The translations under genes and the position numbers were made by a program. Positions 1 to 12,917 of a DNA stretch of 64,000 bases are shown here, one piece after another; the stretch's first letter is position 1; the number at the start of each line of letters is the position of its first letter. Below the pieces are notes generated by a model. The model worked only from the letters and a program-made list of their open reading frames with translations, made no database searches and had not been told where the DNA came from. Source of the DNA: Eledone cirrhosa (Eukaryota); the NCBI GenBank assembly GCA_964016885.1, contig OZ024742.1:111352001-111416000 (forward strand), given 5' to 3'.

Positions 1-448
1 TACGGCATAGTCATGGTTTAAATTCATTTGCCACAGGTTCGCTAGATGAAGGGTGATCTGACTTAAACACCATATGCAACAACAACAAAAATCAACGAAA
101 TACTATATATCATTTCATTTCTTCTGATGTTACTTATTGGTAAAGAATTTCATTTACAAGGAATCCTTTTATATACTGTATTTCCCTCAAGATCCTAGTC
201 TGTTCAGTCTATAAAATTATTCCCCTTTCAGCAACCAATCCATTAGCTGAGTTGAGACAAATTGATTAGTTATTCACCGCTTTAAATTACAATACACTAC
301 ATGAAATTACAGGTTTATCAATTAGTACTTTTCCACCAGCCACTATCAGTGTCTTCTAATGAGTTAGGTCAACGACGAACAGTCATTCAAATTAAATTCC
401 TTGGATTATGTACGTATACAGCTTCTCTCAATCGCCTGTGTCAGTCAG

Positions 449-480
<32 letters not shown>

Positions 481-1329
481 TATATATCGCATCCAACAAC
501 ATGGCATACTTTGTCTTTAATCCTGTGAAAAGCGGCAACAGAGCACAGGTATATTTGACTGACATTACTGATATATACCTTTCAACTAAGCTGATTCACT
601 TAATAAATAACAACAATAAGATTCATAGATCTGCCAAAACGTTTATCAATGAAGAGCCATAGAAGTGACTAACATAGAGCTTTATGAACTAAAGTTTATA
701 AATCTACACAAAATCAGGAACTAAAGACTTCATTGGCCGTCTGAATTAATTTACTAAACAAATAAACTACGATTTACTTCTTAAAGTCTTTACCGTTACT
801 ATAGTTTGGGTGAAAAGCTATTCTAATTTAAGTACAATTGTAATAAAAATAGACACTGTCTTACAACTACATTGTTTCACACGCTGTCACTATTTTATCG
901 ATAGATTTATTATATTTTGCATAGGTCCACGATCAATTGAAACTCATTGGCTATCTGCCCTTACAGACCTGACGGACGATTATTGAAGCAGATAATTGCA
1001 AACTAAATCTTCTTAAAATCACACAGCCTTTTCAAAATTATATTATTATATTGTTACATACAAGTATTTATATATCAATATATACACATTTTATGTGTGT
1101 AAATAAAGTAAGTATTTGGTTTCTATATAAAGGTAAATATAGACCAGTCTCTACACATATACATACAACGTACATAGATTTATGTTTACATACATAAACC
1201 CTCACACACACAAACATACATGTATATGCATACACACACACACACTCGCACATATATATATATATATATATACATGTAATTGTATAGCTATGCACACGTA
1301 CATAAATAAACACACATACATACATTTGT

Positions 1330-1550
1330 GAAGGCGTGTGGCTGAGCGGTTAGAGAATTGGATTCGCAATCGAAAGGTTGTGAGTTCGATTCCTGGACCA
1401 GGCGATGCGTTATGTCCTTGAGCAAGACACTTTATTTCACGTTGCTCCTTCTACCTGGAGTTGCGACCGATAGATAGTATTAGCAATTGGAAAGACCAAC
1501 GGAAACATTGTTTCCTCGGTCCGATTTGACGAAAAGTCGATCGTTCCTAT
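1330..1550 (+). mobile_element. tRNA-derived SINE, family B (CORE/V-like central block), degenerate
   Basis: A-box-like tggctgagcggttag, B-box gagttcgattcc, then tgtccttgagcaagacacttta. Related copies at ~33290-33530 (-) and ~39580-39905 (+). Confidence 0.7.
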
Positions 1551-1589
1551 ACATACATGAATACACATAAATACACACACACACACATA

Positions 1590-1700
1590 TATATATACAT
1601 GTGTGTGTATATATATATATATACATATATATATATGTGTGTGTATGTGTGTGTGTGTGTCTGTACATATATATATATAAATATATATAAATATACATAC

Positions 1701-1733
<33 letters not shown>

Positions 1734-1880
1734 TATATATATATATTTATATATATATGTATATATATATATATATTTATATATATATGTATATATATAT
1801 ATATTTATATATATATATATGTACACACACACACACACACGCATATATATGTATATATACACACATATCTATATATATAT
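1590..1880. repeat. compound (TA)n/(TG)n/(CA)n microsatellite, representative of dozens in the window
   Basis: Direct reading. The YIYI/HTHT/CVCV ORFs in the ORF track are translations of such tracts. Confidence 0.95.
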
Positions 1881-2084
1881 ATGTGTGTATTCATGTATGT
1901 ATGTGTCTTTATTTATGTAGGTGTGCATGGCTATACAATTACATGTATATGCGTGCGAGAATAATGAATATATATATAACTGCTAGACATAAGAAGTATT
2001 GGGGAAATTTTAAATGTCTTCCGTGTTTGGTAAACCGCACATTACATATGTATATATAGCGAAGTTTAATATAGCAATGGCTTA

Positions 2085-2129
2085 TACAGGACTAGAATTG
2101 TTTCATTCGTATGAAATCAACAGGAATAC
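2085..2129 (-). ncRNA. degenerate hammerhead motif, same family as 24309-24359
   Basis: Minus strand reads attc-CTGTTGA-tttcatacgaat-GAAA-caattctagtcctg-TA. Near-identical to the 24.3 kb motif, but with a core A6>U change and a broken stem I. Confidence 0.55.
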
Positions 2130-2385
2130 CGGTTGACATCATGGTAAGGCATTCGCATTTATAGGTTTCATAGTGTTTGCAGGTGGCAGTGGTGGTGGAG
2201 CATATTTTTAGGGGCAGGTATCAAGTAGAGGAGAAAGGGGAGGTAATGAGTGGGGTATGAGGAATGGGAAAAAATAATTTAAGTAGGTTGGGAGGAATAT
2301 TTATGTATATAAAAGCACACACACACACACATATATATATATATACATATTCATATACATATATACATATACACATGCGTACATG

Positions 2386-2493
<108 letters not shown>

Positions 2494-2990
2494 TACACAC
2501 ACGCGCATATATACACATATATCGTCGATATCATCAGCGTACATAACTTACTACCTTACAGTGTCCTTTATAACCATGACGTATGAATCATGTTGACCAA
2601 ACTTAACATAGATATGTCCACGAAGAACATCCCCACAGAGTTTAAGATTTTTGCTTTGTAAAAAAGGTTGGCGGTTCTCGCAGAGGGTGTGGTACGGGGG
2701 ACACAATGTTGTGCAATCCTAACCAGTTGACACACGGCAACCTCCACCTCATCTCATACATCATAGAGATTAGGGAGTAAACCTGGCTTCGGTGAAACTC
2801 ATATCTTGCAGATATCGGATAAACGATTTAACCCTTAAGCTAAGGAGCCATGACAAATCCCTTTCACTGATTTTAACTTGATAACTGGACAGCCGCGTTC
2901 AGATGTCAGTTTGCAGGCTGAGAGACTGACAGACATATGTAAACAAAGAATCTACGAAACCGAATTATCGGCCTCTGAAGCGCTCGATTA

Positions 2991-3079
<89 letters not shown>

Positions 3080-4243
3080 GTAAAGAAAGCGCTCCAGCGC
3101 AGAAATGCTATAAAGATAGCGTATTAAATAGGGTAAAGACCCTTAAAACACTGAAACAGATATAGCCATCTATATATATCTAGCAGATCCCTGCTAGACG
3201 CTTTATTCATTAAGCTCAAGAACCAGAGCGCATCACTTCCCGTCATTTTTACTAGATGACTAGACAACAACTTTCAGTTGTCAGTAGGCAGAGAGGCAGA
3301 AATACATCCGTGCGTAAACAAACAATGTACGAAACCGAATACTCAGTTATTGAAGTGCTGAGTATATATGTATATACCGTACGATGGCAACTTCTGTTTC
3401 CGTCTTTTAAGCTATCTTGATAGAATTTCTGCGTTTGAGCACTTTCTTTAACTTATATTCTCATGTATCACATACATGTGCGTGCATGTGTATGTTACAT
3501 GTAGTTGCGTGTGTGCAGGCAATCCTACAACCTACACTCCACTTATGGACATGCATGCGCACGTGTGTACACATGTTAGACTGTGTATGTATGAGCATGT
3601 TCGTTTGCGTAGATATATACGTGTCTACACATGACTATGCATGCATGCACACATGCATATAGCTGTACGTGCATATATGGATGTTTATGCATGCGCACGG
3701 ATATGTATGAGTGCATGTATGGATATGCTTGTGCCTGTGTGTGTATATTTTACCCATTCTTTCCAGCTACTCATTTATTTGCCCTCTACCTTTTTATCTC
3801 ACACCCATTCCGCCCATTAAATTCATAAGAGATTCATGAATGTCTATGTAAAAACCTTCTAACACTTCATACTGTTGTGTGAGCCTGTATGTATGCAGTA
3901 TGCTTACACATAGTCCATACACATCATCACTGGTTTACCAGTGTGGGTAGGTTGAAACTATTTCAGTTTCCCTATTCAATAACTCTAGATTAGACTTATC
4001 GAGAGGCAGTCGGATGAATAGAAATCACATTTTGGTCTACCGGGCACGTAGAATTTTGACGGTTTCAAATGAAATGAGGACAGTAAGTAAGAAATGTTTG
4101 CATTTTTCTAACCCGATTGAATTCCTCAGTTTTATATGAATGATTGGAGGTGGGGGTAGTACCGTGATTTAACATTATTCGACGTTGCACCGATGTAAGC
4201 TTTAGTATCAATAGGTGTCGAAACAGTGCACTAATACACTACG

Positions 4244-5500
4244 TTAGATAGAAGAAAAGGGGAACATTTGTGGTTGTCTGCAATTACAGCTATGGTTAGC
4301 TATTGCTTTAGCATGAGTATTACATACAATATTAAGATTATATAACTGGTTTGGTCTTCTAAAGGGGTAATATTTACTAATAGTTACCTCTGGTCTTGTT
4401 TTGCTAGACTCAGATATATTATCTGATAATAAACTATAGTTATTCAATTTACTACAGTTAGGAGATGCTAAACATTGTGATAAATTGGCTGTTATTGAGA
4501 AAGAAAGTTTAAAAGCATTTTTGTTTAAAATGTCTGGTACTTATGTGATTGGTGAAATATTTTATCAATTATTCTAAAGAAGCATTTAGGTATATTTGAA
4601 GATATATGCTTACTATATGGCGGTTTAAACCATACTTCTGCAGTTAGTTTTATTACCGAAAGTTGAGGCGATACTATCTAGTGCGAAGGAAGAGGCGTGT
4701 GCTGTTCATTATTTTTGCTATGAGATTTTTCATTGCTAGATTTTTAGACATTCTGGGGCTTGTTAGAGCTCATGAAATTGTTTTATGTTTGAAAGATCAT
4801 TACGGTGCAGTTTATGATTGATTACACATTTCGCTCTACTGGAAGTATGGGTAGAGGGTTGGGCGTCATGCTTTCTAGCATAGTTACATCCTATTACGGT
4901 CTGAGTTCAAATCCCGTCGAGGGTAACTTTGCCTTTCATCCTTACGGGGTCGTTAAAATAAAGTACCAGTAATGTACTGGGTAATTTTGGCCTTGTGCCA
5001 AAAATTATAAACAATTATTTACATATCTATCTTTATAGTTTTTACATCTAGCTATATTTTTATTATGGCTCACATATCTATTGCTGCTAACATATTACAT
5101 TCTTTCAAACTTATTCAACCCTATTTACGTTAGATGCTATATTTAATTTCTTAAGTGAAGTAATATTAACATGGTCAGTAGCTTTATCCTTTATGTCCTT
5201 TATGGTTAGTTTCTGTGTATTTTGCCATTGTAATTATATTTGACTTTCTATTACTACCGTTATTTTTATCTATGTTGTATTACCTTTTAATAACCAGCCC
5301 TATTTGGCATCTTATTGCATTATTGTGCATTTCGGTTAGTTATAACTCTATTGTAGGTCAGTGTAGAAAGTTTATAAGATAAACAGTTTACTGGAATTAA
5401 GTGTAGATGCAGGGTAACTTGAGAGGCTATTTACATGGAAAATGTGCTCAGCTCGTATCTGCTTAGCCTTATGAAGCCCAATATGTAGTTCAAATTTAAA
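4244..5500 (-). pseudogene. highly degenerate Penelope-like retroelement ORF (Hydra-clade-like), interrupted by a SINE
   Basis: Minus-strand translation gives VWFKPPYSKHISSNIPKCFFRIIDKYF (~4550-4640) and SCNCRQP (~4270-4295). These match the WYNQPYS and CNCR motifs of the 36-37 kb element. Left boundary is clear, right boundary is approximate. Confidence 0.65.
4838..5019 (+). mobile_element. tRNA-derived SINE, family A
   Basis: B-box gagttcaaatcc, conserved block taactttgcctttcatccttacggggtcg.taaaataaagtaccag, tail ggccttgtgccaaaa...aaacaattatt. About ten copies in the window. Confidence 0.85.
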
Positions 5501-6973
5501 ATCTAGGAAGTTAGCTATTTTATTATTAAATAATATTTAAGCTATTATCTTAAAAACAAACTATGTACATGTTTTTCGTGTTTACAATGTTACTACTAAT
5601 GTAGCGGGCTTGTATATTTATATCTGCATGCATCTATACGTACATGTGTGTGTGTATGTGCGTGTATATCATTTTACAAAGGTAGGCGTGAGTAATTTGG
5701 ATAGCGTAATATTAGAAACAACATATCTTGGCAAATACAGAATAGCCATGCTGGAAGACTTTCTATTAGATGGAAATCAACACGCAGCTATAGGAATTAA
5801 TAACATTCAGATTAATTTAGATATAATACCTCACATTAAATTTGATAACAGAACTGATATATACAACTGGTACAATATTTATACAACTTATATGAATTAT
5901 AAATACTGTTAGTGTCATTTATACATAAGTATCCGATGCACCGTGTAGCTACAATATAAAGAAAACATAAAAAAAAAGAATTTAGCTAAGTAAATGAATT
6001 TTCCTAGGCCCAAAGCCCAATGACCCTCCACTTCACCCTCTCCTCTCTTCTGCAACACCAGAGCTCTTGCCATCTCCTCCCATTTACGTTCTTATTCTTC
6101 TTTCTCTCTCTCTCTTTGCTCTATATTTCCCTATTCTTTCTTTCCTTTTATTTTTATTATTGCTGTCAATAAACAAATATATCCACCACCAAATATATAT
6201 TAAAGTCTTATATTCATTTAGTATCTCGACTATAACAGGTTATTGATTATTCCTACTCTACTTGCTCATCATTCTCTTTCTCATTATCATCTCACTAATC
6301 ATCATCATTTTAATAATCTGCATAAGTAAAATCATTATAATCATAATCATGATCGTCATCATAATAATCATAAAAAAGCGTCATCATTATCATGTTTTTC
6401 AACATTATACTCATTCTTGTTATCATCATTATCATCTCTATCACCATCATTATTATCAAGGCGAATATTAGTATTCTTATCATCACAATTGGCGCATATT
6501 AAATGAAAATATTTTTCCTAATAACTCATGCCATGTCTTATCATAATCTGCCGTCTGTTACGGAGTCTTTTTGTCTTATTCTTGATTGTTATAATTCCCG
6601 ATATCTGTAATTATTCATAGATGAATAGAAATAGAGATGATGGAAATTTGATATATAATAAATAATATTTTCTGTTTCATTTCAGGTATGATTCCTTAAA
6701 AATAGGCGTTGGGATTTTAGAACTATCCACAAAACACATTCGTAATAAACCTAGTCCATCTTTATAGTTCCCTTCAAAAGATAAGGGGTGGAAGTGTTCA
6801 ATAGAATAGGATATGACGTGTCATAAAAAATAGGGCAAATATAGGCATTTTAATTTAGAATAATAACCCTGGTATTCTGTTGCATAAATGTAGTCAATAC
6901 CATTTTATTACACACACATATATACATAATCGCAAACAGATGCACACATATAGACACATATATAGGAATATAT

Positions 6974-7070
<97 letters not shown>

Positions 7071-7362
7071 ATATATATATATGAAACTCAGTTTCAGAAA
7101 ATCCCGTAGAATGGTGATAGCTGCGACTCTGCTTACACTTTAATCTGTACCTATAATAAATATTTGCTGTACGGCTATATACATATATATACTTTATATA
7201 TATATTATTGAGTAAAATGACAGGAGGCTGGACTGGTGAAATTCCTTAAAGATTTATTACAAACACTATTCACATTTAAATGACCAAGTTCCGTACGAAC
7301 CTGGTGACATCATCAGTGACATCATCAGGTGTTACAATATTTATATAATAAAGGCATATAAT

Positions 7363-7555
7363 AATCATTTCTACTTTTGTCACAAGACCAGCAATTATCC
7401 AGTGCATTACTGGTACTTTATGTTATCGAACTCGTAAGAATGAAAGGCACAGTTAGCCTCAGCAGGATTTGAACTCAGATCATAAAGAGCCGTAACTATA
7501 GTGCAAAGCATGGTGTCGGACTCTCTACCGATACTGCCAATCCACCAATAAAAGA
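7363..7555 (-). mobile_element. SINE family A
   Basis: Reverse complement of the family-A consensus (ggtggattggcagtatcggtagag...gagttcaaatcc...aaagtaccagtaatgcactgg). Confidence 0.85.
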
Positions 7556-7735
7556 ATATAATAATGGTAGACACAACCCAAGGGGCTGAAACGTATAAAG
7601 ACATGTTTAAGACCCGAAGGCGGTCAGAGACAGTCGTTGCCCAGTCTGGAAGACCTCCTTCAATATAATCCTTATCGAGCCTTCTTCGGATTTTAGTCTT
7701 CACATTTATTATTACTATATATATATTTATATATA

Positions 7736-7777
<42 letters not shown>

Positions 7778-7797
7778 ATAAATTACCTTTTCAACAT

Positions 7798-7854
<57 letters not shown>

Positions 7855-7855
7855 T

Positions 7856-7890
<35 letters not shown>

Positions 7891-7892
<2 letters not shown>

Positions 7893-8285
7893 TATAAATA
7901 GAGAAGAAACATTAGATATAATTAATAAGATATACCATACCCAAATTCCGTCTTTACTCCTCCACCTTTTGGGATTCTATCTCGCGTCCTACGCACGTAT
8001 TTTGAACCTCTTGATAAGTCGGCAGACCTCACAAAAATTCTATATCTCTGTGATGTAGCGTTTTTGAATAATATGCCACGAAACTACTTAGTGAGGAGTA
8101 AAGAAGGAATTTGGGTATGGTATATCTTATTAATTATATCTAATGTTTATTCTGTCTTTATAATCTATTATATAGCTCTGATACTGAATCAATCAAATCC
8201 ATTCGGATTATTTTGCCCCAGTTATTCATAGAGCAACATCGGTTGAGGTTGGCACCACTAATTCAAGGATATATGTGGATATATT
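7891..8285. mobile_element. fold-back HHR-bearing PLE-derived insert next to (TA)n (long-loop-II family)
   Basis: 7891-7962 is the reverse complement of 8093-8164. HHR-like motif at 8007-8096. Homologous to 31678-32480. Confidence 0.75.
8007..8096 (+). ncRNA. type I hammerhead-like motif with ~50-nt loop II; cleavage-site nucleotide missing
   Basis: cctc-TTGATAA-gtcggca...tgccac-GAAA-ctacttag-T-gagg. Stem I cctc/gagg, U3-A8 core variant. Confidence 0.6.
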
Positions 8286-8341
8286 CATTTATATGTATGT
8301 GTCCGCATGTATCTGTGTGTTTCTGTATAGTGTATATATAG

Positions 8342-8382
<41 letters not shown>

Positions 8383-8999
8383 AGAGTATTGAAGTTTCTT
8401 GAAGCATTGTGGAATAATAAGATATATTTTCTTTAGGTCGTTTTGAAAGCTTCGACAATGCAGATAGGTAATTCTCCGAGTAACAAGATCCGGTGGTGAA
8501 GGGAGAGATGTAGGTGAATGTAAAATGAGATGTATAATGTTTAGAAGAACTTGGGAAAGAGCGTAAAAAATGAAAATAATAACACGAGACAGAGTTACAT
8601 TGGGAGAGATTTAATTGTCCCTATATATTTCAGATTCTTCACATCCATCAACTGGAAGGGTTTCCGCCCTTATCTGTCGGAAAGGTGCGAAACGTGTCCT
8701 CCGCTGTTCGTTGTTTTGAATATCTGAGTTATGTAGGAGAGCGCGCGCGCGTGAAACGGGGTCGGTCAAGCAGAGGTCGGCGGCCGAAATAGTTCTTTTA
8801 ATTGTGGGAGTGGAGTGGCGTTAGTTGTCAATCCCTTGTATTATCTGCCCGTGCTGGTTTCTCTTTTAGCTGTGTTGAATAGTGTGTGGTTGTGGTAGTA
8901 TTCTCCGCCTGTTTGGTGAATGCTACTGTGTGTGTGTGTGCGTGTGTTGTTGTCTCGCTTGTGTGTGTGTGTGCGTGTATTGTTGCCTCGTTTCTTTAT

Positions 9000-11531
9000 T
9001 TAAACCAACCACCTCATTTCGCTGCTCTCGGATCGGTTATTTATTTGTGGCCCCAGGCGTTTGATCCCAAGTGCTTCCTTGATTCGTAATGTGCCGACGT
9101 TTCTTTCCGCCGCTAGAACTTTGTCAATGGGCCTTCCGTCTTTGTTTCCGCATTTGATTATGTGTTTCCGGAAAGACGAGGCCCTGGAGCTCCTTGATCC
9201 GGATGTGTAGCGGCCGGATTGTGCTACCTATATAGTAGTGGTTGCACTTGTTACATTCTACCTTATACATGACGTATGTGCGTAGGAAACAGTTCGTATG
9301 ACGCATCGGGCAGTTTGTGAGGGAGCATGCGTCAGTCGATTTCCCGGGTTTCCTGGAGAGGCATCTTCGCAGTGAGAGGCCCGAGTGGGCCAGGTGGATG
9401 TCGAGGCACTCCCTCCGTATAACCTTGCGTATAGCGTTGGTGGTATGCTCGCCCAGGTGTGGTATTTTAAGGAAGCACTTGCCTTGGGCGTTTCCCTGCC
9501 TCTTGCGTCTGGTGTCTCTTATTCTGTTTGTGAGTGAGGCAGTGTACCCGTTCGTCACCAGCACTTTGAGGAATCGCTTGGTATGGGTGACCGCACTCGC
9601 CAGATCGCTGCATCTGTTTTTAATTCGCGTGATGTCGTTCGTGATGTACCCTCTTTTAACACTGTTAGGGAGGGCGGACTTGTAGTGAACGATCAGGTCC
9701 CTGCAGGCTGCCTTGCGGTAGATGTTGGAGTGGATCCCTCCCTATTCCGTGATATTGATTCTGAAGTCGGGGAGGGCAAGTGACCCGTCGTCTCTGGGGT
9801 GTTCAACACTGAAATCAATGTTCTCGTCCGGGTTGTTGAACGTCTCATAGATTCTGTTCGCCATGTCTTGGGAATATATGAGGATGAGGTTATCGTCCAC
9901 GTACCTTGAGAAAAAGGCAACGGCATTTTTGTGGCATGTGTTGGGTGCCTTGCGCTCGAGGCTGTCCATGTATGATATCGCTAGCACACCCGTCAGGATT
10001 GAGCCCATGGGCAGTCCTGAGGTTTGCTGGTATGTTTGGTCGAGGAATCCGAAGTATGTGTTGTCAACAACGATGGATAGGAGTTGGTGGATATCAGTGG
10101 TGGTGAGCCCGAAGCAGTGTAGGTCGGTGGATTGGACGCGTTCCATCATTATATTAACGGCCGGGAGTGCCGGGACCGAGGTGTAAAGAAGGACTACATC
10201 AAGGCTGAAGGCATATCCGTCAGCCTTTCTGGTGTCGGGATCCATTTGATGCAGGCGCTCCAACACCTCCTCGGAGCTGTTTACGTGTCCCGGCAAGTTG
10301 TCTAGGATGGGTTTGAGTATTCTGGCTAGGAGCCATGGAATTTTGTAGAGCGGTCCTTCCACGCTCGATACAATGGATCTAATCTTCAGGTCGGGTCTCT
10401 GTTTGTGTGTTTTCACGAGGTGGTAGATGGCGGGTAGTCTGCTGTTCCTCGCGAGGAGGTTTTATCTCAGCTTCAACGGGAGCTTCCGCCGGTTGCAGAT
10501 GTTGGTCCAGGCGGCGTTGATTTGCTCCTCTATCTGCGCTGGAGTGATTCCCGTGACCTTGAATTAGAGGTTGTTATCGTCAAGGTGTTTGAGGGCCAGG
10601 TGTCGGAGGGGAGGTAGATGAGGTTCTTCGATTTCAGGTTGGAGAGAGTGGTGAGTCGAGATTTGGTGAAGAATATTCGAGATGGAGTGTTTTAGCCTGA
10701 TGAGTTTAGTGTCGAGTTGGAGGGTGGGGTGTGGAGTGGTTTGTCGGGGTGGTAAGTGGGGAACTTGGGGTGGGTTGCAAGGGCGCTGTTATTTTTCTTG
10801 GCGCTGTTGATGGCGGTCACCCATTTAAGCTGATAGGCGGCTCGACAGAAGTTGGCTTCGATGTCGAGTTTGAGTCTGTCGTCGAGTCGTTTTGAGACGA
10901 TGAACTTGGGTCCAAAGCGTAGGAGTTTCAGCTCGTCGCTCGTGAGCGTGCCGGTTAGGTCGGTGACCAGGTGCGTCGCATCATTGAGGTGTGGCTCGGT
11001 GTTGGTCGATGCGGCGGCGGCAGTTGTTACGTTGTTGTTGTCCACGTGGTTCTGGTCTGTCTGTTTGTTAGTGTCGGTGTTCTCGTTGTGGAGGTTAGAC
11101 AAGTTCCACTCATATTTCGGCTTGGGCCGTTTTTTCTCGCGTTGGACTCTGGAGTGGTAGTACTGGTCGATTGCTTTAGTGATTTTAAGGAGCAAGTCGC
11201 TGGGTGTTATTGACCGTCGATGTGTCCGCTCTGAGAGTGTCCGCTTATGTATGTGTAATTGGCGGTTGAGATGTCTCAGAAGCTGTTTGATACACGTGCG
11301 ATGTATGCGGCTATTAGTGTTTTGAAAAGCTGGTGTACGTAGGCATCCTGGTAAGCGGATGTTCCTGATGGTGGTGGGTATGACATCGTTTTATAGGCAG
11401 CGTTTCAGGAAAGTAATTTGACAGCCAGCATTGGCCCATTTCTCCGACAGTCTAAACAGTTCCCTTACGGATGCAAACAATTCCTGGCTCAGGTGTAAGG
11501 ATAAGAGAGAATTGAAGTTTTCTTGAAGCAT
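9000..11531 (-). pseudogene. PLE polyprotein: N-terminal domain, reverse transcriptase, Cys linker, GIY-YIG endonuclease (stops and frameshifts)
   Basis: KTHK..IRSIVS, FSLDVVLLYTSVP, QTSGLPMGS, RYVDD, CSLTNCPMRHTNC, VMYKVECNKCNHYYIGST.RPLHIRIKE. Confidence 0.92.
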
Positions 11532-11912
11532 TGTGGAATAATAAGATATATTTTCTTTAGGTCGTTTTGGAAGCCTCAACAATGCAAATGGGTAATTCTC
11601 CGGGTAACAAGATTCGGTGGTGAAGAGAGAGATGTAGGTGAATGTATAATGAGATGTATAGTGTGTAGAAGAATGTAGGAAAGAGCGTAACAATTAGAGA
11701 TTTAATTAGATATTTAATTGTCCCTATATATTTCAGATTCACATCCATCAAATGGGATTTTTTTCCGTGTGTGTGTGTGTGGGGGGGGGGTTATCTGTCA
11801 GAAAGGTGCGAAACGTGTCCTCCGCTGTTCGTTGTTTTGAATATCTGAGGTATTCAGCAGAGTGCGCGCATGTGAAATGGGGTCGGTCAAGTAGAGGTCG
11901 GCAGCCGAAATA

Positions 11913-12484
11913 GTGCTGGAGACGAACGGGTACCCTGCCTCACTCACAAACAGAATAAGAGACACCAGACGCAAGAGGCAGAAAACGCCCAAGGCAAGTG
12001 CTTACTTAAAATACCACACCTGGGCGAGAATACCACCAACGCTATCCGCAAGGCTATACGGAGGGAGGGCATCGACATCCACCTGGCCCACTCGGGCCCC
12101 TCCCTGCGAAGATGCCTCTCCAGGAAACCCGGGAAATCGACTGACGCGTGTTCCCTCAGAGACTGCCCGATGCGCGATACGAACTGTTGCCTATGCACAT
12201 ACGTCGTATATAAGGTAGAATGTAACAAGTGCAACCACTACTATACAGGTAGCACAATCCGGCCGCTACACATCTGGATCAAGGAGCACATCAACACCAG
12301 GGCCTCGTCTTTCCGGAAACACATAACCAAATGCGGAAACAAAGACGGAAGGCCCATTGTCACAGTTCTAGGGACGGAGAGAAACGTCGGCACATTACGA
12401 ATCAAGGAAGCACTTTGGATCAAACGCCTAGGGCCACAAATAAATAACCGATCCGAGAGAAGCGAAATGAGGTGGTTGGTTTAA
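11913..12484 (+). pseudogene. inverted duplicate of the PLE thumb-linker-GIY-YIG region
   Basis: NGYPASL...VVYKVECNKCNHYYTGSTIRPLHIWIKEH...LRIKEALWIKRLGPQINNRSE, frameshifted. Confidence 0.9.
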
Positions 12485-12583
12485 ATAAACAAACAAGGCA
12501 ACAACACACGCACACACATACACAAGCGAGACAACATTACACGCACACACACACACACACACACAAGCGAGACAACAACACAC

Positions 12584-12619
<36 letters not shown>

Positions 12620-12880
12620 GCATTCACCAAACAGGTAGAGAATACTACCACCACCACACACTATTTAACACTGCTAAAACGGAAACGAGCACGGGCAGAT
12701 AATACAAGGGATTCACAGCTAACGCCACCCCCACTCACACAATTAAAAGAACTATTTCGGCCGCCGACCTCTACTTGACCGACCCCATTTCACGCGCGCG
12801 CGCTCTACTGAATACATCAGATATTCAAAACCACGAACAGCGGAGGACACGTTTCGCACCTTTCCGACAGATAACCTTTC

Positions 12881-12917
12881 TCCCAGTTGATGGATGTGAA
12901 TCCGAAATATATAGGGA
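12881..12917 (+). ncRNA. atypical minimal hammerhead-like motif in the pseudo-LTR (other copies at ~8618-8656 and ~11720-11756 on minus)
   Basis: tccc-ag-TTGATGG-atgtgaatcc-GAAA-tata-TA-ggga, followed by aattaaa. Palindromic stem III. Core deviates from CUGANGA. Confidence 0.45.

Noticed and set aside
1330-1400. Possible tRNA gene
   Set aside because: The A/B boxes run into a SINE body and no complete cloverleaf is evident.
5610-5912. 100-aa ORF
   Set aside because: Starts in a microsatellite and has no motif I recognise.
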